A stretch of 54,303 bases of DNA from a virus (Duplodnaviria > Caudoviricetes). Position numbers and translations under genes: made by a program. The notes under the pieces were generated by a model, which saw only the letters and a program-made list of their open reading frames with translations, did not search any database and had not been told where the DNA came from. This document shows, piece by piece, positions 35,783-44,845 of this stretch (position 1 is its first letter; each line of letters opens with the position of its first letter). The stretch lies in the IMG/VR virus record IMGVR_UViG_3300032313_000663, positions 1 to 54,303 of that record. One strand, given 5' to 3'.

Positions 35783-36523
35783 ATGTCCGTAAAATCCCTC
35801 GCCAAAAAACACATCGCATACACCGACCTCCTCAACGAGTTCGAGTCCCCGTTTTCGTCGAACAAGGTCACCGGCCACTCCCTGAATTTCCCGATCATCA
35901 ACAGTTGCACGCCGACGATCGTCTGTGCCGAGACGTGCTACTTCGCGAAGGGGCCATCCACTTGGACGGCTTCTCTCAAGAAGCAGCACCGCCTCATGAA
36001 CTCGATCAAAGCCTCGCCGACGCACATGGCTGTGATTATCGCCGACTGGACTCGTCGACTGAAGCTCGACTTCGTTCGCTGGAACGGCGGCGGAGACTTG
36101 TTCGCCGAGAGCGTCGACTGCATCAACCGGGCCGCGCCGCTCATGCCGACGATCCCGCAGTGGATCGTGAGTAGGAAGCCCAAGCTGGCGGCGGCGATCG
36201 AGCCTGCCTCGAACGTCTACGTGCATTTCTCGGTCGACAAGACGTCATGGGATCGTCTCGAAGAGATGCAGAGCCTTGCCCCGGCCGGGCTGCAATGGTT
36301 TTGGTCTTACCAGTGCGATAAGGGCGAGACTCCGCCAGACCCGATGGTCGCGCCGGTGATCTTCCGCGACGGCTACGATCCAAAAGGCGGGGAATTGTAC
36401 GGAAACGACTGCCCGCTCAATGCAAACGAAGATATCGCAGGCGTCTGCGGCAAATGCCAGCGTTGCTTTAACGGCTGGGCAATTGAGGGGGCAAAGGAAT
36501 GCCTGTCTCAGACACGGCGTTAG
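35783..36523 (+). CDS. GP88-like protein (Cys cluster, radical-SAM-like)
   Basis: CTPTIVCAETCYFAKG, VRWNGGGD, C-terminal CP...CGKCQRC. Confidence 0.7.
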   Translation: MSVKSLAKKHIAYTDLLNEFESPFSSNKVTGHSLNFPIINSCTPTIVCAETCYFAKGPSTWTASLKKQHRLMNSIKASPTHMAVIIADWTRRLKLDFVRWNGGGDLFAESVDCINRAAPLMPTIPQWIVSRKPKLAAAIEPASNVYVHFSVDKTSWDRLEEMQSLAPAGLQWFWSYQCDKGETPPDPMVAPVIFRDGYDPKGGELYGNDCPLNANEDIAGVCGKCQRCFNGWAIEGAKECLSQTRR

Positions 36524-36885
36524 GAGAGGTCGGTCGGCTGCTCGCGTCGGCGGAGATGCTTTTGCACGGCATATCTGCAACTCGACCAGAGTGCGACGTC
36601 GGCGTCGACATCGTGGCTGTGTTTGGTCAGAAAGCGTGTCGCGTTCAGGTGAAGTCAGTGCGAGATCACAAGCCATCACCGCGAACTAAAGCACACAAGT
36701 TCAAGATTCGGCGGTCGAGGACTGGTGGCGTCTATGCAAACCATGAGATCGACGCGTTTGTGTTTGTCAGCATCGCAAGTAAGTCGTTTTGGGTGGTCCC
36801 AGTGAGCGACCTGAATCTTTCGGCACACGCCGTTTTTCATCACCCCGGATCGCGATGGCACAACGCGTGGCACTTACTGAAATGA
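36499..36885 (+). CDS. PD-(D/E)XK endonuclease
   Basis: GEVG...VDIV...RVQVKS...IDAFVFV...FWVVP. Confidence 0.75.
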   Translation: MPVSDTALGEVGRLLASAEMLLHGISATRPECDVGVDIVAVFGQKACRVQVKSVRDHKPSPRTKAHKFKIRRSRTGGVYANHEIDAFVFVSIASKSFWVVPVSDLNLSAHAVFHHPGSRWHNAWHLLK

Positions 36886-37169
36886 CACTCGAAACCACCA
36901 TCACGAGGTCGATTGTGACGCTCGCGAAAGCGAAGGGGTGGTGGACGTTCAAGATTGCTGGCGGGCCGATGCAGATGGCTGGAGTTCCAGACTTGTTGAC
37001 AGTGAAGCATGGACGAGCGGTGTTCCTCGAAGTGAAGCAGCCGGGCAAGAAGTCTCGCCCGCTTCAAGTGCAGAGGATGAAAGAGATACGCGAGATCGGC
37101 GGAGCCGTCGCGGAAGTGGTCACGAGCAGGGCTGAGGCAGAAAGGATTCTCGATGCGAACGATGTATGA
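36882..37169 (+). CDS. VRR-NUC domain nuclease
   Basis: AGVPDL...FLEVKQPG...LQ. Confidence 0.88.
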   Translation: MTLETTITRSIVTLAKAKGWWTFKIAGGPMQMAGVPDLLTVKHGRAVFLEVKQPGKKSRPLQVQRMKEIREIGGAVAEVVTSRAEAERILDANDV

Positions 37170-37596
37170 GACAGAGGCCGATCTAAGCAACGAGGCTGCG
37201 GTCCGCAGCTACGTGGCTCAGACCTTCTCTGCCGAAGTCAACAAGGTGCCGCTCAGCTACGGCGTCGACTCGATGGTCTCCGTGGACGGCAAGCTCGTGG
37301 CGTGGCTGGAGATCAAGTGCAGGCCCGGCATGACGTGGGGGCAGTATCCGGACGTCATGATTTCCGTCCTGAAGCTGCGGGCAGCGGCTGGGCTGAAGGC
37401 CTCGACCGGCATCGACACGCACTTCGTCGTGGCCGACTCTTGCGGCGTCATCAAGAGTGCGAACCTCTGCAAGACTTCGCCTGATTGGATCAAGTACGGC
37501 GGCAGGACCGCCCAGACACGAGACCCGGCCGACATCGAGCCCGTCTGTCACATACCTCTCGAACAGTTCACGGAGGGCACGCCGTGGGGTCAATAA
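37153..37596 (+). CDS. PD-(D/E)XK-like phage protein
   Basis: YET..DL.NE...YGVD...WLEIKCR...RDPADIEP. Confidence 0.7.
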   Translation: MRTMYETEADLSNEAAVRSYVAQTFSAEVNKVPLSYGVDSMVSVDGKLVAWLEIKCRPGMTWGQYPDVMISVLKLRAAAGLKASTGIDTHFVVADSCGVIKSANLCKTSPDWIKYGGRTAQTRDPADIEPVCHIPLEQFTEGTPWGQ

Positions 37597-37709
37597 CAAC
37601 ACGTGAGACTTGGCCTCCAGAGCCGCCGAATAAGCCACCCAAACACTGGGAATGGCAGATCGTCGACGGCGTCAAAAAACTCGTCCCGATCAAGAAAAAA
37701 ACCCCTTGA
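37584..37709 (+). CDS. 41-aa hypothetical protein
   Basis: GGAGG RBS before GTG. Confidence 0.5.
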   Translation: MGSITTRETWPPEPPNKPPKHWEWQIVDGVKKLVPIKKKTP

Positions 37710-37733
37710 CGATAGTACGGAAGCGGTTACCTT
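37706..37733 (+). promoter_or_regulatory. Possible promoter with TAGTACGGA half-site
   Basis: TTGACG, TAGTACGGA at 37713-37721, TACCTT directly before ATG. Confidence 0.45.
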
Positions 37734-38138
37734 ATGCGAGCATTCACGACGACCGTCGGACAACTGAGCCTCATCGATGCCGAGTGCATCATCACGAGGC
37801 TCACATGGCCGAAGTCGGAGTTTCAGGTCGAGGTCAAGGAAAAGACTTCGACCACTCCGGTGGCGATCGTGAGGACGGATCAGGAGCGAGTAGCGGCATG
37901 GACGGCGACGCACTACTGGCGAGGTATGCAGACGCTGGAGGGATTCACCAATCCCGCCTGTCGTCGTCGCGGCCTTGCTCGCGCGGCAGCGAGTCTGCTT
38001 ATCGCCGACTGCTCCATCGATCCACGCGAAACACTGGCAGTCTTCTCACCGCAGTGCGTTTCAATAGCGACTGCGTTGGGTTGTAGGGACGTTCGTCTGT
38101 ACGAGCGTCGTGGTAAGGAGTGGGTCCAGAATTCTTAA
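37734..38138 (+). CDS. GNAT-like acetyltransferase
   Basis: GFTNPACRRRGLA matches acetyl-CoA binding motif A. Confidence 0.65.
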   Translation: MRAFTTTVGQLSLIDAECIITRLTWPKSEFQVEVKEKTSTTPVAIVRTDQERVAAWTATHYWRGMQTLEGFTNPACRRRGLARAAASLLIADCSIDPRETLAVFSPQCVSIATALGCRDVRLYERRGKEWVQNS

Positions 38139-38154
38139 AGCCAAGGAGGGCTAT

Positions 38155-38535
38155 ATGTTTCTCTTGCTGTTGATTGCGTTGATGGGCGGTGGCGATTGCA
38201 CAAATCTGACTGAGGCTGAGTCGCAGGTCGTCGCCGAGACGAACTCTGCTCGTGCTGAGGCCGGTCTTCCGCCTCTTGTCGTCGACTGCCGACTGATGGG
38301 CCGGGCTCGTCGTCACGCGGCTCGCATGGCGAACGAGGGTTTCTTCGCACATTCAAACGGTGCGACGGAAAACATCGCTACAGGCCAGCCTCACGCTGTG
38401 GCTGTGGTTCGCACGTGGCTGAACAGTCCCGGCCACCGGGCGAACATCATGAGCCGCAGCAGCACTCGAATCGGAGTCGCTGGCTTCGTTGGCCGCGACG
38501 GAAAAATCTACTGGGTGCAGCAGTTCTCGCACTAA
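38155..38535 (+). CDS. Secreted CAP (SCP) domain protein
   Basis: Signal peptide; N..R...GL.PL, HAARM, ENIA.G, WLNSPGHRANI. Confidence 0.92.
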   Translation: MFLLLLIALMGGGDCTNLTEAESQVVAETNSARAEAGLPPLVVDCRLMGRARRHAARMANEGFFAHSNGATENIATGQPHAVAVVRTWLNSPGHRANIMSRSSTRIGVAGFVGRDGKIYWVQQFSH

Positions 38536-38653
38536 ACACCGTCCCCTCCGGTGGTCCCGCCGTCGCTTCATCGGGTAGGTGGAGCGGCGGTGGGCCACTC
38601 TGGAACATCTTGCGGAGCATTCATGATTTTCGACTTTTTCAGGAGGTTTTTCG

Positions 38654-39025
38654 GTGGAAAAGAAAGTCAAGTACATCAAGAGTCGACTCGACCTGACGCA
38701 GAGGCGCGCGGAGGCGACGTTTCAGTACCTCCAGTCCCACTGGACGGTGTCGCGGGTGGCGGACATTGCGAAGCATCTAAAACTGTCGGAGACGACGGTC
38801 CGCAGCATCGCTCGAAAAATCGATCTCGGCCCAAGACCCGAAAAGGCATCGCATCTCGACCCCACGCCAGAACAGATAGAAAGACGAGCAGCCGCGATTC
38901 GCAGGACGTGGAGCCCAGAGGAGCGAGCAAGAAGAGACCTTCGCGGGCGAAGCGAGGCGGGCCGGGGACGTCTGGTAGTTAGTCTCTTCACCGAAGCACC
39001 GTCATTCTCAAGGAACTCACTGTGA
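38654..39025 (+). CDS. HTH-containing putative regulator
   Basis: VADIAKHLKLSETTVRSIA; DPTPEQIERRAAAIRRTWSPEERARR. Confidence 0.7.
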   Translation: MEKKVKYIKSRLDLTQRRAEATFQYLQSHWTVSRVADIAKHLKLSETTVRSIARKIDLGPRPEKASHLDPTPEQIERRAAAIRRTWSPEERARRDLRGRSEAGRGRLVVSLFTEAPSFSRNSL

Positions 39026-39612
39026 ACATCGAATTTTGGCTCACTGATCCCGTGCTGAATGCGATCAACGGACTAGCCTCCAAGTCTCTGGCGGTTGACG
39101 TTGGTGCGAACGTAGGCACGTGGGCTGTCCCGCTTTGCGAGATGTTTGACGAGGTGCTGGCCTTCGAGCCAGACGAGCGAAACTACTCTCAGATTCCGAC
39201 GATCGAGAACCTCACTGTCGTCAGGGCTGCTGTGTCGGATCAGACTGGCGAGACGCCGTTCTTCGTTCGGTCCTCGTCCGGGCATAACTCGATCCTCGAA
39301 GTGCATCCGATCGGCGGCGAGGGCATGGCTCCAGTACCTGTCGTCGAGGAGAAGACCGTCTCGTGCTTCTCTCTTGACGACGCGTGCGGCAACGGTGCCG
39401 ACTTCGTGAAGATCGACATCGAGGGCGGCGAGGTGCTTGCGTTGCAGGGCTGCGTGGACGTGCTGAAGTGGCAGCGGTCCGTCTTCCTCGTCGAGTGCCA
39501 CGACACGTTTAGCGACGTCGAGCGTGAGCTTGCCCGCCTTGGCAAGCGTGTCACTCGAATCCCACACCCGCTCGTCGCCCATCCCGGTCACTGCTGGGCA
39601 ATCGGCGAATGA
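39022..39612 (+). CDS. FkbM family methyltransferase
   Basis: VDVGANVG, AFEP, SLDD, DFVKIDIEGGE. Confidence 0.92.
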   Translation: MNIEFWLTDPVLNAINGLASKSLAVDVGANVGTWAVPLCEMFDEVLAFEPDERNYSQIPTIENLTVVRAAVSDQTGETPFFVRSSSGHNSILEVHPIGGEGMAPVPVVEEKTVSCFSLDDACGNGADFVKIDIEGGEVLALQGCVDVLKWQRSVFLVECHDTFSDVERELARLGKRVTRIPHPLVAHPGHCWAIGE

Positions 39613-40274
39613 TCCTCGTCTCGCAGTCTTACAATCCACAGTCTGAGCATCGGAAACAAGAGCTTCAGAAGGTAAGGCTGCACAACGAGACTTCAGGACT
39701 GTTCGATCGAGTCGAGTATCTTGACGCTGGCGATCGGACAATCTCCTTCAGCGAGCTACACGAACACTGCCTTTCCAAGTATCGCGGCAAGTGGTGTGCG
39801 ATCGCGAACAGCGACATCACGTTCAACGCCACGGCCTATATGCTGAAAGGCCTGAAGAGGGCTGGCAGGCTCGTGGCGTTGACCCGATGGGATACCCACT
39901 ACGGCCCACGATTCATAGGTCACCAGTCTGAAGACAAATTCTTCAGCGGATCGCAGGACTCGTGGGCGTTTATGGCAGGCTCGCTGCCCCCTCTGACGAT
40001 CGACATACCGCTCGCTGTCATGGGGTGTGATCAAGTCATCGCTGGCTGGGCGTGCATGGGCGGTGTTGAGGTGATCGACCCCGCACTGTCTATCAAGACG
40101 ACTCACGTTCACGAGCTAGACGACCGACCTACCGACCGCCCGGCGGCGTCTGGATTCTTTGGTTATCCGCACCTCACGACGATGCACACGAGCGGAGAAG
40201 TTCTCTGCCACGAGTGGCCTCGTGCTGATGGGGAATGGGAGTACGAATGGCGACTATATCGCTACGGGAAATAG
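39609..40274 (+). CDS. Glycosyltransferase-like protein
   Basis: IANSDI, ALTRWD, SQDSW, GCD, H.H pattern. Confidence 0.55.
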   Translation: MILVSQSYNPQSEHRKQELQKVRLHNETSGLFDRVEYLDAGDRTISFSELHEHCLSKYRGKWCAIANSDITFNATAYMLKGLKRAGRLVALTRWDTHYGPRFIGHQSEDKFFSGSQDSWAFMAGSLPPLTIDIPLAVMGCDQVIAGWACMGGVEVIDPALSIKTTHVHELDDRPTDRPAASGFFGYPHLTTMHTSGEVLCHEWPRADGEWEYEWRLYRYGK

Positions 40275-41224
40275 AGCAGCATCACCCGGACCTGTTGCTG
40301 CCACCTGACGAGGAGTTCGCCAACTACTACGGCGAGTTTGCCGACGTCGGCCTAGAGAAGGCCAAGTCTCTCAGGGTCGCGTTTGTGGCGATCTGCCGCA
40401 ACGCGATGCCGTTCCTGCCGTTCACGATGCAGTACGTGCAGGCGGCGGGCGAGTGCTTCGACGACTACCGGGTGTTCGTCTACGAGAACGACTCGACCGA
40501 CGGCACGAAAGATTTTCTGTACCAGTGGTCGGACGGCGAGCGCACGTTCTGCTCGCTTCGGGACAACGGCAGGCCTCACCTGAACTCGACGAAGCACGCC
40601 TCGCGGACGATGGCTCTGGCAGAGTACCGCAACGCGTGTCGCAAGTGGGTCGACGGCAACTCAATGGACTTCGACTACGTGATCGTGTTCGACACGGACC
40701 CGTGGGGAGGCTTCAGCGTCGGCGGAATCTTGAACACGATCGGACGGATGGAGACTCGCGATCATCTCTGGACGTCAGGCATGGCGAGCTACTCTTGGTG
40801 CGAATGGGGTCCGCCGGTCTGGTCGAGGCCGACTCTGTGCCACTACGACGCTTGGGCGTGCCGCTGGACGGGATGGAAAGAGCGTCAGGACATGCTCTGG
40901 TTCCACCTCTGGCACCCGCCTGTCGGGTCACCGCCCGTGAAGGTGAACTCCGCCTTCGGCCAGCTTGCTGTCTATCGCGAGAAGAGCTTCCTGATGGGCG
41001 TTTACTCTGGCGACGACTGCGAGCATGTGCCGTTTCACCGATCTATGGGGGGCGAGTTCTTCCTGAACCCGTCAATGCGATGCGTTTCTTTCTGGATTCC
41101 GGAGGGGGCAAGGATGCCCAATGGCTCGATCGACGACGACAATTTGCACGGCGACGTTTGCGGCGATGTGGACCGCAGGGACGCCGACCCGGATCATCAG
41201 CCAGACGCTGAAGATATCCGCTGA
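40247..41224 (+). CDS. GT-A fold glycosyltransferase (CAP59-like)
   Basis: YENDSTDGT, LAEYRN, VIVFDTD, YDAWA, VNSAFG, CEHV. Confidence 0.75.
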   Translation: MATISLREIEQHHPDLLLPPDEEFANYYGEFADVGLEKAKSLRVAFVAICRNAMPFLPFTMQYVQAAGECFDDYRVFVYENDSTDGTKDFLYQWSDGERTFCSLRDNGRPHLNSTKHASRTMALAEYRNACRKWVDGNSMDFDYVIVFDTDPWGGFSVGGILNTIGRMETRDHLWTSGMASYSWCEWGPPVWSRPTLCHYDAWACRWTGWKERQDMLWFHLWHPPVGSPPVKVNSAFGQLAVYREKSFLMGVYSGDDCEHVPFHRSMGGEFFLNPSMRCVSFWIPEGARMPNGSIDDDNLHGDVCGDVDRRDADPDHQPDAEDIR

Positions 41225-41519
41225 CCGCTGCGACACGACCCGCAAACAGCTTGGCCTCGCGAGACGCGAGAGTTGGCACGGGTCGAAGACCGGCCACAGG
41301 AAGGCCTACTTGCCGAGCGAGGACGAGATCAGGCAGAAGTGCCTCGAATTTCAGGCGGGTTGGACGGACGAAGAACGCGAGCGTCGTCGAGTCGGGGGCG
41401 TCGTGAAGCACGTCCCATACGAGGCTCCTGTCGTTCCCGAGAGCCTGTTCCGCTTTTCGGACGACGACGAGTCCGGTCCGCAAACCTTTCTCGAAGGCCT
41501 GATCGATACTTCAGGGTGA
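41121..41519 (+). CDS. Putative regulator, paralogous to 38654-39025
   Basis: MWTAGTP..IISQTL...; PSEDEIRQKCLEFQAGWTDEERERRR. Confidence 0.65.
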   Translation: MARSTTTICTATFAAMWTAGTPTRIISQTLKISADRCDTTRKQLGLARRESWHGSKTGHRKAYLPSEDEIRQKCLEFQAGWTDEERERRRVGGVVKHVPYEAPVVPESLFRFSDDDESGPQTFLEGLIDTSG

Positions 41520-41547
41520 TCGCTGTCGGTTGCTAGGCTGAAAACGT

Positions 41548-41769
41548 ATGGGCCAACTCCACGTTTACGCGAGGCTTTTTCTCGCTGCTGGCGACGACCG
41601 GGCACGGGCTCAAGTGTTCGCCGAGGCGGTGGAGTGGCTTGAACACACGGCCGAGACCACGATCGAAACGGGCCTAAAAACCCGTATTTTTGCGATTCTC
41701 TGCACCCAAGAGGGTGCTGACTTTCTCCGCTGGGCGACCGCGAATGACGCTGAAAACGGCCACTCTTGA
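41548..41769 (+). CDS. Hypothetical protein
   Basis: Open frame filling the gap. Confidence 0.5.
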   Translation: MGQLHVYARLFLAAGDDRARAQVFAEAVEWLEHTAETTIETGLKTRIFAILCTQEGADFLRWATANDAENGHS

Positions 41770-42106
41770 GCGAGTTTTGTCGGGGATGCTGATCTCCGAC
41801 AGGCTCTGGCTCAAGTCTATCTACGAATCAACGCGGGACGTCGTGAAGGCCGACGGTCTCGTCGATGATCCCACGATCGTTACGCTCGCAGACTGGGTAA
41901 AAATCCATCGATCGATCCAGAGATTCATCTGGTCTGGCCTCTCGACCGTCTGCCCCGGCATCTATCCGGACCTGATTGCGGCAATCGACAGGGAGGTTGC
42001 CCTGTCTCTGGAGCCTTGCGGCGGGAAAGTCACCCCTGACGTGCGTCGGCGGCTTGTCTCTTCCCTCGACCGCATCGCGTGGGCTGGTCTCGGAGGTGAC
42101 GAGTAA
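41744..42106 (+). CDS. Hypothetical protein
   Basis: Open frame coupled to the next gene; resembles the C-terminal half of 42746-43213. Confidence 0.6.
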   Translation: MTLKTATLERVLSGMLISDRLWLKSIYESTRDVVKADGLVDDPTIVTLADWVKIHRSIQRFIWSGLSTVCPGIYPDLIAAIDREVALSLEPCGGKVTPDVRRRLVSSLDRIAWAGLGGDE

Positions 42107-42477
42107 TGGTCGCCGACTCCGCCATCACCGCTGCGAACGAGGCTCCGGGGCTTTCCGAGAAGGTGAAGGCCTACGTGCAGCGAGCCAAAGAGCTTGCCTC
42201 GGACGGCTTGAGCGTGGCGGACTTCGCTGAACTGGCGACGTCGCTCCTGAGACTTGTCGTGTCGGCACTCGACTCGATCCCGGCCGACGGCGAGCAGAAG
42301 AAAATCTGGGCTGTAGCGGCTGTCGCGACCTTGTTTGACGCCGTCTCCGACAAGTGTGTGCCGATCTATTTCACGCCTTTCTGGATTGTTTCCCGTCCGA
42401 CGTTTCGAGCGATCGTTCTGCTCGCGGCAGGCGGCGTTGTCGAGTCTCTTATCCCGATCGTGAGGGCTTCCAAGTGA
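42106..42477 (+). CDS. Putative membrane protein
   Basis: GGAGG RBS; hydrophobic C-terminal half. Confidence 0.7.
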   Translation: MVADSAITAANEAPGLSEKVKAYVQRAKELASDGLSVADFAELATSLLRLVVSALDSIPADGEQKKIWAVAAVATLFDAVSDKCVPIYFTPFWIVSRPTFRAIVLLAAGGVVESLIPIVRASK

Positions 42478-42749
42478 TTTTCCTGCTCATCATCGCCGCA
42501 GCCGTGGCTCTCCTTCTGTGGCCCGAGTCGAAGGCTTCTGTGCCTGCCACCGCGAAGCCTGTCCCGCTGCCGTCGATCGACGTGCCTGCGATCCCGCAGC
42601 CGCCGAAGGCACCGAGCTACCGCAGTGCGATCGAGAGTCTTGCCGCAGTCCGGAGCCGCCTGATCGCGACCGACACGCTCGACGACAAGGCGAAGGCGGC
42701 GATCAATGAACTCACGTTATGTCTCGTGGCTGGGAGCGACAAGGAATGA
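42474..42749 (+). CDS. Membrane-anchored Pro-rich protein
   Basis: N-terminal FLLIIAAAVALLLWP. Confidence 0.7.
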   Translation: MIFLLIIAAAVALLLWPESKASVPATAKPVPLPSIDVPAIPQPPKAPSYRSAIESLAAVRSRLIATDTLDDKAKAAINELTLCLVAGSDKE

Positions 42750-43213
42750 CGACTCTTCAACGGCAGATCGCAGCGGGGTGCCTCGTAGCACTCGCGTTGA
42801 TCGTGTGGGTGGCTTCACTCGGACGCGACGATTCAGGTCCGAATCCGGGGCCAGTGCCTCCGACAGGCCTAGTCCTTCGCGGCCTCTTCGTCGGCCCCAA
42901 CTCTTCGAGCGACGCCTCCATGCTTTCCGCCCTCACCGCAGAGATCGGCGACTGCATCGAGTACGACGGGACGCTGCCTGATCCTCGCCTGAAGACAGGC
43001 GTCGCGTTCGACGATCTCAGGATCGCTGCTCGTGAGGCCCGGATGCGTGGCGAGAGCCTCGGTGCCCGTCAGCCGAAGGTCAAGGAAGCGATTCACTCTT
43101 ACCTCGACGAGACCGTCGGGACGTCTGGCGGACCTGTAACGCCTGCGGAGCGAGCCAAGTGGGTCGCCGCCATGAAGGACATCTCAAGGGCTTGTTCTGA
43201 TGCCGCGAAGTAG
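42746..43213 (+). CDS. Membrane-anchored protein
   Basis: N-terminal helix then PNPGPVPP linker. Confidence 0.7.
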   Translation: MTTLQRQIAAGCLVALALIVWVASLGRDDSGPNPGPVPPTGLVLRGLFVGPNSSSDASMLSALTAEIGDCIEYDGTLPDPRLKTGVAFDDLRIAAREARMRGESLGARQPKVKEAIHSYLDETVGTSGGPVTPAERAKWVAAMKDISRACSDAAK

Positions 43214-44306
43214 GATCACAGTTTCGGCTCTCGTCACAGTGATCGTCGTGTCGTTCATCGGCGCGCTCGTTCAACTGGCGACGTTCCGTCTGGCGAATCA
43301 CATTGAGAACAACTTCGGTTACCAGCCTAATCCGGCTGGCCTGAAAGAGTTCCTCGGTGAACTCAAGGAGCCGACTTTTGCTCAGGCTGGTGCCGACGCC
43401 GTGAAGAAGGCGAAGGGCAAGGATGTGTACCTTTATCGGTACGCGGATCAGGCTCATCGCAAGGTCTACGGAACGCCGTTTGAGGCTTGGAATCAGGGCT
43501 CTGCTGGCACGTGCGTGAGCTTTGGGTGGGGACTCGGAGCGTACATCGGCCAGAGCGTTGATTACGCGACGGGCTCGCTGCCGAATGCACCACTTGAATG
43601 CGACACGTCCGGAATTTACGGCGGAAGTCGAACAGCCGGAAGAATGCCTCCCGTGAATGGAAACGCGGGATTCTCAGACGGCAGCTACGGCGCGGCTGCG
43701 GCGAGGTGGGTCGCTGGCAAGTGCAAGCAGACGGGCATAGGCGGGATTCTGTACAAGCAAAAGTACGGAAGCACTGACCTGACCAACTACTCGATTCCGC
43801 GATCGCGCGAGTGGGGAAACTCTGGAGTGCCGCTCGATCTCGCGAAGGAGGCGAACAAGCACACTGCAAAAGCAGTCGCCCAAGTCTCCACGTGGGAGGA
43901 ACTTAGCGCGGCACTTGAGTCAGGTTATTGCGTCCCGATCTGCTCGAACGTCGGCTTCGCTGCGACGAACGTCAGGGATGAGGACGGCCTGCTTCCAAGG
44001 GGGTCGCAGTGGTCGCACTGCATGCTCATAGCAGGAATTCGTCACGCCGCCAATGCCCCCGAGAACGGCATGAAGCGTCCCCGCGACTGTGCGCTCATTA
44101 TCAATTCTTGGGGCACCCGGTGGGTCGTCGGCGGAAAGCTTCCCGCCGATCAGCCAGACGGAAGCTTCTGGGCTGAACGCAAAGACGTCGAGGCGATCCT
44201 CGCCCAAGGCGATTCATTCGCGATCGGCGGGGTGAGTGGATTCGCGTATCGAGACTTGGATCACGGCGGATGGCTGCAACCGGGAGCGAACGATGAAAGT
44301 AAGTGA
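43200..44306 (+). CDS. Papain-like (C1) cysteine peptidase with N-terminal membrane anchor
   Basis: NQGSAGTCVSFG (Q, C), WSHCML (H), INSWG (N). Confidence 0.85.
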   Translation: MPRSRITVSALVTVIVVSFIGALVQLATFRLANHIENNFGYQPNPAGLKEFLGELKEPTFAQAGADAVKKAKGKDVYLYRYADQAHRKVYGTPFEAWNQGSAGTCVSFGWGLGAYIGQSVDYATGSLPNAPLECDTSGIYGGSRTAGRMPPVNGNAGFSDGSYGAAAARWVAGKCKQTGIGGILYKQKYGSTDLTNYSIPRSREWGNSGVPLDLAKEANKHTAKAVAQVSTWEELSAALESGYCVPICSNVGFAATNVRDEDGLLPRGSQWSHCMLIAGIRHAANAPENGMKRPRDCALIINSWGTRWVVGGKLPADQPDGSFWAERKDVEAILAQGDSFAIGGVSGFAYRDLDHGGWLQPGANDESK

Positions 44307-44553
44307 CCGCAACGTGTTGATCGCTGGTCTCGTCTGTCTCGCCATCGGCTGGTGGCTCGCGTCGTCGCCAGCGTCTCCGATCAGGCCTGAGACAGAGCCA
44401 CGCCGCCCCGTTCTACGCTTCGTCGCACGAGTCGCGAAGACGTTTCTCTGGGTGATGATGGTCGCCGAGCGACCGCCGCAAGAGGCAAACATCGTTCACG
44501 CCCGCATCGACTCCGAGGGACATCAAGTCTTGAACCACGGTCAGGGGTGGTGA
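44293..44553 (+). CDS. Small membrane protein
   Basis: VLIAGLVCLAIGWWLA. Confidence 0.7.
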   Translation: MKVSDRNVLIAGLVCLAIGWWLASSPASPIRPETEPRRPVLRFVARVAKTFLWVMMVAERPPQEANIVHARIDSEGHQVLNHGQGW

Positions 44554-44554
44554 C

Positions 44555-44713
44555 GTGAAAGAGAACATCTACAGCATCAGAAACCAAGAGTTTCGCTTCC
44601 CGGTTCCGTGGTGGACTTACGTGGTCGCGCTTGTCATCGCTCCGTTTTCTCTGTTCGTAGCTGCGGCGTGGTGTCTGGACGTTCAACGGCAGCACGTGGA
44701 GGTATCGAAATGA
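44555..44713 (+). CDS. 52-aa membrane protein (not in ORF track)
   Basis: PWWTYVVALVIAPFSLFVAAAWCL; ATGA coupled to the next gene. Confidence 0.55.
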   Translation: MKENIYSIRNQEFRFPVPWWTYVVALVIAPFSLFVAAAWCLDVQRQHVEVSK

Positions 44714-44844
44714 CCTCGCTATGGTCTTGGATCGCCGCAATCTTGACGTCTCTGTCTGCGGACCCTCACGCGATGAACGTCGAGGCTCCGAAGGCTGCTG
44801 CCGCAGTGACTGTCGCCTACGCCTCATTCGCGACGGAGAAGTGA
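44710..44844 (+). CDS. 44-aa hydrophobic protein
   Basis: GGAGG RBS; MTSLWSWIAAILTSLS. Confidence 0.55.
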   Translation: MTSLWSWIAAILTSLSADPHAMNVEAPKAAAAVTVAYASFATEK

Positions 44845-44845
44845 A

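Noticed and set aside
38551-38982. 143-aa alternative-frame ORF overlapping 38654-39025
   Set aside because: Low-complexity product with no motif; the other frame has an HTH, an RBS and a paralog
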